This document shows, piece by piece, positions 18,251 to 27,195 of a stretch of DNA of 64,000 nucleotides. Location of the stretch: positions 197,190-261,189 of the forward strand of contig JBBUAP010000001.1 of assembly GCA_038058635.1 (NCBI GenBank). Direction: 5' to 3'. The translations under genes and the position numbers were made by a program. The stretch's first letter is position 1. Each line of letters opens with the position of its first letter. The notes below the pieces were generated by a model. The model had not been told where the DNA came from and ran no database searches. It saw only the letters and a list, made by a program, of their open reading frames with translations. This stretch comes from Patescibacteria group bacterium. GTDB lineage: Bacteria; Patescibacteriota; UBA1384; 2-12-FULL-50-11.

Positions 18251-19957
18251 ATGGAAATTAGAAACTTTGCTATCATCGCTCATGTTGATCACGGTAAGTC
18301 GACGCTTGCCGATCGAATGCTAGAAAAAACTGGAACAGTTAAGGTTGGCTCAGGCAATCAACTGCTCGACACGATGGAGCTCGAACGGGAAAAGGGGATC
18401 ACAATTAAGCTCAATCCGGCGCGTATGTTTTACGAGCACAGCGGTGTCAAGTATCAATTGAATCTGATCGACACTCCCGGCCATGTGGACTTTGGCTATG
18501 AAGTTTCGCGTTCGCTGGCGGCGGTCGAAGGGGTTTTATTGCTGGTCGATGCCAGCCAAGGCATTCAGGCCCAGACTCTAACCAACCTTCAGCTCGCCAA
18601 ACAAAACCATTTAGTCATCATTCCAGTCGTCAATAAAATCGACCTGCCTCACGCTCAAAGCGAAGAGACCGCTCAACAGCTCGTTAAAGTATTGCAGTGC
18701 GCTGAAGACGATATTTGCTTTGTTTCCGGCAAAACCGGCGAAGGAGTTGACGAGCTATTAGAGGCGATTGCCACCCGAATTCCTCCGCCAACATCGAAGC
18801 CAGATGAACCGTTGCAAGCCTTAGTTTTCGACTCTTTTTTTGATGTTTTTCTGGGGGTCGTCGCTTATGTCAAAGTTGTTAGCGGCTCATTGAAGAAAAA
18901 CCAGCCGCTAATGATGCGAGTGACTGGCGTCAATTTTGATTGCTTGCAAGCCGGCTATTTGCAAATCAAACGGATAGATAATGGCACATTGGCCAACGGT
19001 GAAATTGGCTATGTCGCCACCGGCTTAAAAACGGTGCATGACTGTCGGGTCGGCGACACGATTGTCACAACGGCCGCCACCAACGCCTTACCGGGCTATC
19101 AAATTTCAAAGCCGATGATTTTTGCTTCGTTTTTTCCCGAGCCGGGCAAAGAACGGGAGCTGACGGTGGCGCTCGACAAACTCAAGCTTTCTGATGCCTC
19201 GCTGTCTTACGAGCCGGTTAGCTCGAAGGCCCTGGGACCGGGTTACAGCATCGGATTTTTAGGCCTGCTTCATTTAGAGATAATCAAAGAGCGGCTCAAT
19301 CGGGAATTTGATATTAATATTTTAGTGACCACGCCATCAGTGGCCTACAAACAAGAGAGCGACCAATGGCTCGAGCCGTGGGTGGAACTGGAAGTGGTCT
19401 GTCCGCAGGAGCATTACGGCGCCGTCAGCGATTTGGTGTCTCAAAACCGAGCGGTGTTCATCAATGTTGAGTATGTCGCCGATCGGGTCATTTGCCATTA
19501 CGAAGCGCCGCTCTCGGAAGTCATTAGCGATTTTTACGACAAACTCAAATCCGTCACTTCTGGCTACGCCTCGATGGATTACCAGCTCAAAGACTACCGT
19601 CCGGCCGATCTAGTCGCAGTTGATCTGCTGGTGGCCGGCGACAAGATTGATGCCCTAACCCAACATATGGTGCGGAGTAAAGCTGAGAGCTACGGCCGCC
19701 GGTTGGTTGAAAAACTAAAAGAATTAATTCCTCGTCAGAATTTTGAGGTCACCTTACAAGCGGCGATCGGCGGTAAAATAATTGCCCGAAGTGATATCTC
19801 GGCTGTGCGCAAAGATGTCATCGCCAAGCTTTACGGCGGCGATGTCACTCGCAAAAATAAGCTCTTAGATAAACAGCGCAAAGGTAAAAAGCGGATGCGC
19901 CAACTCGGCCGGGTTGAAGTCCCCAGCGAAGTGTTTGTGGAATTGCTGAAGAAGTAA
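18251..19957 (+). CDS. lepA: Elongation factor 4
   Basis: AHVDHGKSTLADR, DTPGHVDF, NKIDL, GFLGLLH, YGGDVTRK.KLL. Confidence 0.98.
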   Translation: MEIRNFAIIAHVDHGKSTLADRMLEKTGTVKVGSGNQLLDTMELEREKGITIKLNPARMFYEHSGVKYQLNLIDTPGHVDFGYEVSRSLAAVEGVLLLVDASQGIQAQTLTNLQLAKQNHLVIIPVVNKIDLPHAQSEETAQQLVKVLQCAEDDICFVSGKTGEGVDELLEAIATRIPPPTSKPDEPLQALVFDSFFDVFLGVVAYVKVVSGSLKKNQPLMMRVTGVNFDCLQAGYLQIKRIDNGTLANGEIGYVATGLKTVHDCRVGDTIVTTAATNALPGYQISKPMIFASFFPEPGKERELTVALDKLKLSDASLSYEPVSSKALGPGYSIGFLGLLHLEIIKERLNREFDINILVTTPSVAYKQESDQWLEPWVELEVVCPQEHYGAVSDLVSQNRAVFINVEYVADRVICHYEAPLSEVISDFYDKLKSVTSGYASMDYQLKDYRPADLVAVDLLVAGDKIDALTQHMVRSKAESYGRRLVEKLKELIPRQNFEVTLQAAIGGKIIARSDISAVRKDVIAKLYGGDVTRKNKLLDKQRKGKKRMRQLGRVEVPSEVFVELLKK

Positions 19958-19986
19958 AAAAATTCCCCCACCTGGCAGATGGGGGC
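19956..19986 (-). terminator. Hairpin with minus-strand U tract
   Basis: AAAAAATT-CCCCCA-CCTGGCAGA-TGGGGG between convergent genes. Confidence 0.5.
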
Positions 19987-20006
19987 ACTGGGCAAAGGTC
20001 GACTCG

Positions 20007-20612
20007 TTACCGGCTTGTTGCCGGCTCGTCTTTGTAGACAATGCTTCGGTACTTCGCAATCCGGACATCTCGAAGCTTGATCCCGTCTTCGAAGCACAGT
20101 CTCTTGAGAGTTGGCATGTGAGCAAAATACTCGACCTGGCGATCGAACGGCTTGATCTGAACGCCGAGGGGTTCGACTTGAATCATAAGATCACTCAATA
20201 CCTCTTCCCGATTTCCACCCGAGTAGGTTGCTACAAAACGACCTGGAGCACCTCGTCGGAGGCACTGCTCGTAAATGTCGGGACGACCGACCTCAGTTAA
20301 TTGCTCTCTGAGCTTATCCAAATCGATCTCCCAATCGCAGTATACCCCGATGGTCTTGAGTCTCGGAATGCGTCCGTGCGTCTTTTTGATGTAGCGAATG
20401 CCGTCGCCGGCTAACTCAATCATCTTTTCTTGCGCCAATCGCCGCTTTTCTTCGAGGGTCTTGATAAGCGACTCCAAACCCAGATAATCGGCCGTAGCTC
20501 TCGCCAGGTCGAATTGATCTTCGTCGATGGTCGGGGGAGGGCTGGCGTCAGCATCGTAAACCAACTTTATCCCCACTTCCGGTAGCTTCAAAGTGAAAGT
20601 TTCATTTGCCAA
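20007..20612 (-). CDS. Hypothetical protein
   Basis: 201-aa ORF with CAGGAG RBS filling the gap; no recognised motif. Confidence 0.65.
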   Translation of the reverse strand: MANETFTLKLPEVGIKLVYDADASPPPTIDEDQFDLARATADYLGLESLIKTLEEKRRLAQEKMIELAGDGIRYIKKTHGRIPRLKTIGVYCDWEIDLDKLREQLTEVGRPDIYEQCLRRGAPGRFVATYSGGNREEVLSDLMIQVEPLGVQIKPFDRQVEYFAHMPTLKRLCFEDGIKLRDVRIAKYRSIVYKDEPATSR

Positions 20613-20705
20613 AGGTCTTCTCCTGTGAGGTACAAATAGTCAGCCAAAGCTGACGCTAAAGTCGAATTACTTCGGCCCTAGCGCAGCAGGAGCTGATCGC
20701 TATTC

Positions 20706-21056
20706 TTACTCGGCGTGAGCTTCGGCCCAAGCGGAACCGTCAGTATTCGTGCCGGCGGAGGCCCAGGCGCTGGCCGAAACTTCGTCGGTCGTTTCTTCAA
20801 CAAAAACGACTCGGTATCTTGGTGTGACTTTTTTGGTGGCTGGCTTTGAGGCCGGTGTCGCCGGTGCTGGCGTTGTGGCTGGAGTCGTCACAGCCGGAGT
20901 AGCTGTTGAGCTTGGTGTGCCAACTAGCGTCGGCGTATTGGCGGTTTCGGGAGTGGCGTCTTTTTTATTGTTGCGCGTCGCCACAATCGCCCAAACAATG
21001 CCAGCGACAAAAATGGCAAAGGCAATACTTAATATGATTCGAACTGTTTTAGACAT
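20706..21056 (-). CDS. Single-TM protein with Thr/Pro/Ala-rich linker
   Basis: N-terminal TM then PAT-rich low-complexity region. Confidence 0.75.
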   Translation of the reverse strand: MSKTVRIILSIAFAIFVAGIVWAIVATRNNKKDATPETANTPTLVGTPSSTATPAVTTPATTPAPATPASKPATKKVTPRYRVVFVEETTDEVSASAWASAGTNTDGSAWAEAHAE

Positions 21057-21075
21057 GCATTTCAGTATATCGAAA

Positions 21076-21681
21076 TTATTTCTTTTGTCGAGTCTTCCAG
21101 TCGCCAGAATTGTGACGATTGCGTCCTAAGAAGTGCCAGGCGTGTGGATCGGACTTCTCAATTTGGTCCCACATCTTTTTAGCGGTCTTGGTATATATTT
21201 TATGCTGACGAATATCGCGCCGTCGTGAAGCGCCCCATAATTTTTTCAACACTACGCCATTGGCCTGCTGTTCTCGAAGTTCGATCTCAACATCTAGATT
21301 GTCAGCGTCTTTAACGATTTGGGCTTCAATACAATCATATTTTTCGTACTCGCGCCAAATCTCAATAAATTCTTTAAGCGAAGTTTTCTCCAAGATATCG
21401 ACTATCGCTAGATCTTCATTGCGTTTGGTGTATTGGCGGGAGAGATAGTCGACGTCACCAGTGCGAGATTCGGTAATGTCGTGGACCAGTGCCATTTTCA
21501 TTAGCTTCTCGATATCAACGCCTTTCTCTTTGCTGGCTATCAATAATGCGGTCCAAGTAATTCGAAAAGTGTGTTCGGTGACATTTGCAAAATCAGCGTT
21601 TAAGAAATGTCGCCAGGTCCGCTGGACATAGCGGAGTGCGCCTAACTCAAAAATCAAATTAATGTCAGCAGAAGCACTCAT
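21076..21681 (-). CDS. HD-domain hydrolase (YfbR/HDDC2-like)
   Basis: RTW, NVTEHTFR, MALVHDITESRTGD, VKDADNLD. Confidence 0.9.
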   Translation of the reverse strand: MSASADINLIFELGALRYVQRTWRHFLNADFANVTEHTFRITWTALLIASKEKGVDIEKLMKMALVHDITESRTGDVDYLSRQYTKRNEDLAIVDILEKTSLKEFIEIWREYEKYDCIEAQIVKDADNLDVEIELREQQANGVVLKKLWGASRRRDIRQHKIYTKTAKKMWDQIEKSDPHAWHFLGRNRHNSGDWKTRQKK

Positions 21682-21721
21682 AACTCGACACTAGCATTTG
21701 GCTCGGAAATGGCAACGCGTT

Positions 21722-21955
21722 TCAAAAAAGGATTTTCCAAAGGCCATAGCTGGCGACTAATAGCCAGGCAATGTTTAACGCCACTGGTTGATAATCCTTC
21801 TTAGACAATGCCTCAATGATAATACTGATTGAACCGGTGATATTAAGTAGCTGATAAGCGAGACTGTCGGTGCCAAGAACACTAAAATTCAACAACGCAA
21901 AAGCAACGATAATCGCCGTGACTCCGTACCAGCCGATGATCTGCTTAACTTTCAT
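21722..21955 (-). CDS. Small three-TM protein (CBU_0592-like)
   Basis: IGWYG, YQLLNITGS, LNIAW pattern. Confidence 0.75.
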   Translation of the reverse strand: MKVKQIIGWYGVTAIIVAFALLNFSVLGTDSLAYQLLNITGSISIIIEALSKKDYQPVALNIAWLLVASYGLWKILF

Positions 21956-21957
21956 TG

Positions 21958-22028
21958 AGCGGGAAACGGGAATCGAACCCGTGCCGAAAGATTGGAAATC
22001 TCTCGTTCTACCATTAAACTATTCCCGC
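21958..22028 (-). tRNA. tRNA-Gly(UCC)
   Basis: GCGGGAA/TTCCCGC, AGAGA-TTTCCAA-TCTTT, U73. Confidence 0.93.
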
Positions 22029-22696
22029 ATGTCAGAGAAAACTTGTTCGGCCCAAAACATGATCTTCCTGAAAAGAAAGATACCGTGTCTTTTCTCGCCT
22101 CTAGCAAGTATCACAATGTGAAGTGTACCATATGGGAGGCTGTTATGTCGCTTCTGGAGCTTGTTTTTTCTGGTGTCAAATTGTGTCTTACCAAACTGAT
22201 GGTTGGGTAATCCGGCTAACTTAGACCAATAATTCTTTGCTGAAACCTCGTCATTATCTGGGTAGAGATGGACACGAAGACGAAAGTTATCATTCTTCAG
22301 GTCCAACACTTCACGAAACCACCTCATCATCAACCTGATAGTTTCAGGATCGGAGTTAGCGAAACGGACAGCCCCAGTAGTTTTAGACCCCTCGCCCATA
22401 TAAAGAGCTAATCCCAGCATCCATAAGTCCCTTTTTGTAATTGCCGGTAATTCTTTTTGTGCTTCTTGTTTTGCGATGGCCAGTGACTGAAAACGGTCTC
22501 TCTTACGAGCCATTGTCATCTGCTTGGTAGCCTTCGCTATCCTGCGCACCACCATTTCGTTTGGACGGTAAGGCAGATCTTTGAGCCAATCACTTAAGGT
22601 GCTTTTAGATACCCCAATTTCTTTTTGTATTAAGCTATACGAGTAACCTAACCCCCTCAAATCTATTGCTTGTTGCTTGAGAATTGCCAGAGTCAT
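22019..22696 (-). CDS. HTH plus single LAGLIDADG-like domain protein; stop codon inside tRNA-Gly
   Basis: AIDLRGLGYSY..I....GVSKSTLSDWL; LGLALYMGEGSK...VRFANSDP; homologous to 31972..32631. Confidence 0.8.
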   Translation of the reverse strand: MTLAILKQQAIDLRGLGYSYSLIQKEIGVSKSTLSDWLKDLPYRPNEMVVRRIAKATKQMTMARKRDRFQSLAIAKQEAQKELPAITKRDLWMLGLALYMGEGSKTTGAVRFANSDPETIRLMMRWFREVLDLKNDNFRLRVHLYPDNDEVSAKNYWSKLAGLPNHQFGKTQFDTRKNKLQKRHNSLPYGTLHIVILARGEKRHGIFLFRKIMFWAEQVFSDMRE

Positions 22697-22796
22697 TATA
22701 GTACTAGCGTATCGTACACTACGATATATAGTCAAGGGTACGATAAACTATAACTCAATCTCTCTCAAATAGTGCTAGCCCTATTTTCCTTGCTCG

Positions 22797-23144
22797 CTAG
22801 CTGTTTTTGGCCAGGTCGATAACAGTTTTGAAGGCAACGATCATCGCGGCTGGAGCCACGAAATGACTGATATTGATGAAGGCCGTACCCAGCCAGTCGC
22901 CGATATAAGGCAGAAAATCGAGCCCGGCACTACCGACCAACAGCAAGACAATAGCCGCCACCAGGAAGCTACTGGTTTCTTTGTAGGTGATGTTGAAGAA
23001 GCCAACAAACAAGCCAAGGACGGCCAGAACCAGTCCGGGCGTCGTTCGATCGGAAGTATCAGGGAAGAAACTCAAGACTATTGCCAACGCGATTCCAAAC
23101 AAGAATGCTAACTCACCCCAAGATTTTTGCTTTGTGTTTGTCAT
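22797..23144 (-). CDS. Four-TM hypothetical membrane protein
   Basis: LGLFVGFFNIT.KE...FL, FVAPAA; start moved to the ATG at 23144. Confidence 0.75.
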   Translation of the reverse strand: MTNTKQKSWGELAFLFGIALAIVLSFFPDTSDRTTPGLVLAVLGLFVGFFNITYKETSSFLVAAIVLLLVGSAGLDFLPYIGDWLGTAFINISHFVAPAAMIVAFKTVIDLAKNS

Positions 23145-23175
23145 TAACTTAAGTCTAACTAGGGCGCAGGGGTTG

Positions 23176-23490
23176 TCAAATCTGCCAGAGGTATCGGTCC
23201 AAATCAATGTAGTAGCTGCCAGCTCGTTCCTCGACTTTTATTCCCTCACCACGAAGCAATTGGGCCTGTAATTCGGCTGGAAAGGCCATATTAATAATCG
23301 ATATGCGACCCTGCGAGTTGATGACTCTCTGCCACGGCAATTGCTCACTTTCGCTGGATTGACGCAAGATACGCCCAACCATTAAAGCCGCTCGAGGACT
23401 ACCGGCCAAAGCGGCAATCTGTCCGTAAGTGGCGACTTTCCCCTGCGGAATTTGTTTAATCTGACTAATTACTTGCTCCTTGAAGGTCAT
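23176..23490 (-). CDS. Alkyltransferase-like (ATL/YbaZ) protein
   Basis: IPQGKVATYGQIAALAG.PRAA..VG; PWQRV in place of PCHRV. Confidence 0.9.
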   Translation of the reverse strand: MTFKEQVISQIKQIPQGKVATYGQIAALAGSPRAALMVGRILRQSSESEQLPWQRVINSQGRISIINMAFPAELQAQLLRGEGIKVEERAGSYYIDLDRYLWQI

Positions 23491-23509
23491 CGCTGTTAAT
23501 ATACCCTAT

Positions 23510-24262
23510 ATGACGGAGGTCTGGTTCTATAGTTTATTGAGTGTCGTACTCGTCAGTCTAATCTCCTTGGTCGGGGTGATCGTTTTGGCGATCAAGCAAG
23601 ATATTCTCAATCGAATCGTTTTTATCCTTGTTAGTTTAGCGGTCGGCGCCTTGTTTGGAGACGCCTTAATCCATCTACTCCCAGAAGCTTACAAGTCTTT
23701 TGACAGCGAGCTAACAGTATCGTATCTGGTCATGGCTGGATTCCTGTTATTTTTCTTGGTTGAAAAGTACCTTCATTGGCATCACCACCACGACGAAGAT
23801 TCCGGCGTTCATATTCACCCGGTTGGTTACATCAATCTCGTCTCTGATGGTATGCACAACTTTATTGACGGAGTCCTGATCGGAGTTTCATACTTAGTTT
23901 CAATTCCACTCGGGCTAGCGACAACTTTTGCGGTAGTGTTGCACGAAATTCCCCAAGAGATTGGGGATTTTGGGGTCTTGATCAGCGCTGGCTTTACTCG
24001 CCAGAAAGCCCTTTGGCTTAACTTTGCCATCGGCTTGACGGCGGTTTTGGGGACGGTGCTGGCCTTAGTATTTGGCAGTCGGCTGGAGACATTGGCGCAA
24101 CTGGCCATCCCACTAACTGCGGGGGGATTTCTGTATATCGCCGCGGTTGATTTACTCCCCCCACTACATAAAGAAACCCGACCTTTTCGATCGCTGATAC
24201 AGCTACTGGCGATTATTGCTGGCGTCGCCATCATGGCCTGGCTGAAAATTCACGAAGGCTAG
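23510..24262 (+). CDS. ZIP-family metal transporter
   Basis: HLLPEA, His-rich loop, HNFIDG, HEIPQEIGDF. Confidence 0.93.
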   Translation: MTEVWFYSLLSVVLVSLISLVGVIVLAIKQDILNRIVFILVSLAVGALFGDALIHLLPEAYKSFDSELTVSYLVMAGFLLFFLVEKYLHWHHHHDEDSGVHIHPVGYINLVSDGMHNFIDGVLIGVSYLVSIPLGLATTFAVVLHEIPQEIGDFGVLISAGFTRQKALWLNFAIGLTAVLGTVLALVFGSRLETLAQLAIPLTAGGFLYIAAVDLLPPLHKETRPFRSLIQLLAIIAGVAIMAWLKIHEG

Positions 24263-24783
24263 ACTTGGGACGAGTTGACAATCTCTACGCGGTCGCCGAT
24301 TTTTATGCTGTCGGCGGCGCCAGAATTAACTTCCAGCACATAATCAATCTGAATTTTCGGCGAGTAGGTTGGCAAATTCTGGGGCAAAGCATCAGAATTT
24401 GGTGCGGGAACATGGCGCGAGAGATCGACGACTTTGCCGTCAAAGATCCAGACGATATCTAGGTCAAAGCGCATATCTTTCATCCAAAACGCCGGCGTCT
24501 GGGCTGGTTCAAAGACAAACAACATCCCAGCGTTTGTTGCTAATGAATCGCGCTCACCCAAGCCAAGCGCCTGTTGTTCGTCGGTCAGCGCCAGTTCGAC
24601 ACTGAAAGTTTTCTCGCCGATCCGGACACCGCTCCGAGCGTATTGGCTTATCCCAAGTTCGGTTGCGGGAGCTGTCTCGGCGCTAAGCGTGGTTTTGGAG
24701 CTAGTCTTAATTTGGTTAACACCAAACCCGGCTACTATCACTAGTGCCGCTAAAATCCCAAAACTAATCAACTTAGTTTTCAT
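24259..24783 (-). CDS. DUF192-family protein
   Basis: VELA....GL..R, GMLFVF, FWMKDMRFDLDIVW, YVLEVNSG. Confidence 0.9.
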   Translation of the reverse strand: MKTKLISFGILAALVIVAGFGVNQIKTSSKTTLSAETAPATELGISQYARSGVRIGEKTFSVELALTDEQQALGLGERDSLATNAGMLFVFEPAQTPAFWMKDMRFDLDIVWIFDGKVVDLSRHVPAPNSDALPQNLPTYSPKIQIDYVLEVNSGAADSIKIGDRVEIVNSSQV

Positions 24784-24789
24784 ACTCGG

Positions 24790-24862
24790 TCGGGCTGGTG
24801 AGACTCGAACTCACGGCCTCCGCGTCCCAAACGCGGCACGCTACCAACTGCGCCACAGCCCG
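24790..24862 (-). tRNA. tRNA-Pro(UGG)
   Basis: CGGGCTG/CAGCCCG, CCGCG-TTTGGGA-CGCGG. Confidence 0.93.
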
Positions 24863-24898
24863 TAGAGGTAATTTTACCCCATTGAAGAAGATTAATGA

Positions 24899-24982
24899 AT
24901 ATCCCCGAGGCAAGCCGACGGGGGTATTTTTAAACGAGATACTATAAATGTTCCCGTGGCAGAGACCACGGGGTATCTCGTT
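24899..24982. mobile_element. Paired hairpins resembling IS200/IS605 ends without a transposase (PATE-like remnant)
   Basis: ATCCCCGAGGCAAGCCGACGGGGGTAT, and CCCGTGGCAGAGACCACGGG within AACGAGATAC/GTATCTCGTT. Confidence 0.5.
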
Positions 24983-25000
24983 CAATGAAGAGCTTTGGCG

Positions 25001-25408
25001 CTACAAATAGATTCGGCCAATTACGAAGATGGCAATAAAGGCAATAAAAGAACTCCAAGTCAGTACGGTCAGGCCACGGGTTGAATTGAGGTCACCCGAC
25101 AGTCCTGATGCCACCTTGGCGTTAATGAGACGAACGGCGATAAAGTAATCAAGTCCGATAAGAGCTATCTTGACCCAGAATATCGGGCTGGAGTTCAACT
25201 CGTCCCAATTACGGTAGGCCATATATATCCCGGCAATCACCGTCAAACTCATGGCGTGAAGGCCAAACTTTCGAATGAAGCTAATTGCCTTGAGCTTGAC
25301 CTCGTCTAGGGGCTTACTGACAGAGAAGACGAGCGAGAAAAATACTATCCCCATCACTACGCTGGCAGAGATCAGATGCACTAAGAGTGCGAAGCGAAAT
25401 ATAGTCAT
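25001..25408 (-). CDS. Four-TM membrane protein (DUF2214/CopD-like)
   Basis: LVHLIS, GIYM, FWVKIAL. Confidence 0.7.
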   Translation of the reverse strand: MTIFRFALLVHLISASVVMGIVFFSLVFSVSKPLDEVKLKAISFIRKFGLHAMSLTVIAGIYMAYRNWDELNSSPIFWVKIALIGLDYFIAVRLINAKVASGLSGDLNSTRGLTVLTWSSFIAFIAIFVIGRIYL

Positions 25409-25454
25409 GTACGTTTACCCGCTTATTATGAGAATGGCGGCACGATATCCATGG

Positions 25455-26102
25455 CTACTCCTCAAATGTAATGGTCGATATTATCTGGTCAACAATCTTT
25501 AGATTTGCAGTTTCTTCGACCGAAGCAACATCACTTCCCGTCCAGGGACCACTGATTGAATATGTGTACCCGCCAGTCAGGATGTAATAACTAACATTCG
25601 TACCCCCGACAAAAGTATAGGTTACTTTTGTGGCCTTAACACCATTGATCGTAACATCCTCACTTTTACTCGAGGTAGTGCTCGGATACTCGCTAGCACC
25701 GAGTTGCGTGACGGTTTTTTTGCTAATCCCAATGTAGCCAAAGTGATCGCTAGCACCTGGGGGAGTATAGTCAACATAGAAGGTATAGCTTTTCCAGGGC
25801 TCGGCCAATGCTGTGGGGTCTGAATTTTCACGGGCGATCCAATCCTGGGGATGCTTAAAGCTAAAACCGTAGCTTGAGTTCGTGTATGACTGCCAGTCGG
25901 CAATACCCGTTGCTGTAGTAATGGCTGTAGTTTTTTTCGTCACGACAGCAGAATTATCAGTCGTGTCTGGTGCAGTATTCTGGGCCCAAACTAAGTAGCC
26001 TAGAGCAATTACCAGAACAACCCCAAAAACAGCTAGCCATAGTTTCAAACCGGTTGGGGCGTGATGCGGTGGCAATTGATTCTCTGGCGGCATAATATCC
26101 AT
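25455..26102 (-). CDS. Membrane-anchored PsbP-like domain protein, tandem copy 2
   Basis: TM, Thr-rich linker, DWQSYTNSSYGFSFKHPQDW, VTINGVKA, DQIISTITF. Confidence 0.8.
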   Translation of the reverse strand: MDIMPPENQLPPHHAPTGLKLWLAVFGVVLVIALGYLVWAQNTAPDTTDNSAVVTKKTTAITTATGIADWQSYTNSSYGFSFKHPQDWIARENSDPTALAEPWKSYTFYVDYTPPGASDHFGYIGISKKTVTQLGASEYPSTTSSKSEDVTINGVKATKVTYTFVGGTNVSYYILTGGYTYSISGPWTGSDVASVEETANLKIVDQIISTITFEE

Positions 26103-26104
26103 GG

Positions 26105-26746
26105 CTACTTCTCAAAAGTAATGGTCGATATTATCTGGTCAACAATCTTTAGATTTGCAATTTCTTCGACCGAAGCAACATCACTTCCCGTCCAAGGACC
26201 GCTGATTGAATATGTGTACCCTCTAGTCACGATGTAATAATTAACATTCGTACCCCCGACAAAGGTATACGATATTTTTGTGGCCTTGACGCCATTTATC
26301 GTGACATCCTCACTTTTACTCGAGGTAGTGCTGGGATACTCGCTAGCACCGAGTTGCGTTACGGTTTTTTTGCTAATCCCGATGTAGCCAAAGTGATCGC
26401 TAGCACCTGGGGGAGTATAGTCAACATAGAAAGTGTAGCTTTTCCAAGGCTCTGCCAATGCTGTGGGGTCTGAATTTTCACGGGCAATCCAATCCTGGGG
26501 ATGCTTAAAGTTAAAACCGTAGCTTGAGTTCGTGTATGACTGCCAGTCCGCAATACCCGTTGCTGTTGTAATGGCTGTAGTTTTTTTTGTTACCGCTGCT
26601 GAGTTATCGGTCGTGTCTGGGGCGGTGTTTGAAGCCCAGACTAGGTACGACAAGGCTCCAATCAAAACAATGGCAAAAACCAGCAAGACTACTTTCAAGC
26701 TCGTGGTGGCGTGTTCGTGTTCGGTGTGTACTTCATTTAATTGCAT
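26105..26746 (-). CDS. Membrane-anchored PsbP-like domain protein, tandem copy 1
   Basis: Nearly identical to 25455..26102 from APDTTDNS onward. Confidence 0.8.
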   Translation of the reverse strand: MQLNEVHTEHEHATTSLKVVLLVFAIVLIGALSYLVWASNTAPDTTDNSAAVTKKTTAITTATGIADWQSYTNSSYGFNFKHPQDWIARENSDPTALAEPWKSYTFYVDYTPPGASDHFGYIGISKKTVTQLGASEYPSTTSSKSEDVTINGVKATKISYTFVGGTNVNYYIVTRGYTYSISGPWTGSDVASVEEIANLKIVDQIISTITFEK

Positions 26747-26769
26747 AGTAATCTCCTCCTATAATTACT

Positions 26770-26970
26770 CTATGGGGCAGGTTGAGTATTGTCAACTTTA
26801 ACTGGCACGGCATGACGGACAATAACGCCGTCGACATCCTGGGCGGCGTAGATCAAGCCCAGCTCTTCGTTTTGTTGGACGACAAAGTAAACGAGAGTCC
26901 CAACCAGCATTAAGACAAATACTAAGAGCGACGCCTTCAAGCCCAAACCAACTTCGCTATGAACCTCCAT
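26770..26970 (-). CDS. Small single-TM protein sharing the N-terminal motif of the two paralogs
   Basis: EVH...GLK..LLVF...L.G.L.Y.V. Confidence 0.65.
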   Translation of the reverse strand: MEVHSEVGLGLKASLLVFVLMLVGTLVYFVVQQNEELGLIYAAQDVDGVIVRHAVPVKVDNTQPAP

Positions 26971-27034
26971 AGCTTTCAGCGTAGCCGAAAGCCAGCTATG
27001 TCGCTAGCGCTCGCTCCTCGTTAGAGACTCGTAG

Positions 27035-27087
27035 TCAGCAAACAGCCAAATGGAAAAGCCGAAAGCTGAAAGCTGACAGCCGAAAGC
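27035..27087 (+). repeat. Heptamer repeat GCYGAMA
   Basis: GCCGAAA-GCTGAAA-GCTGACA-GCCGAAA. Confidence 0.65.
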
Positions 27088-27195
27088 GATATTTGACTGC
27101 CCAGGCAGTCAGGCCTATACTGCGAGGAGCAAACAAAACAATAAAAGTTACGACAATTTTACTCGTAATGACTAACCATATGAAAGGACTAACAC

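Noticed and set aside
25455-26746. Duplicated genes as a DGR template/variable repeat pair
   Set aside because: Both copies are full ORFs, differences are mostly synonymous and not adenine-specific, and no reverse transcriptase is in the window
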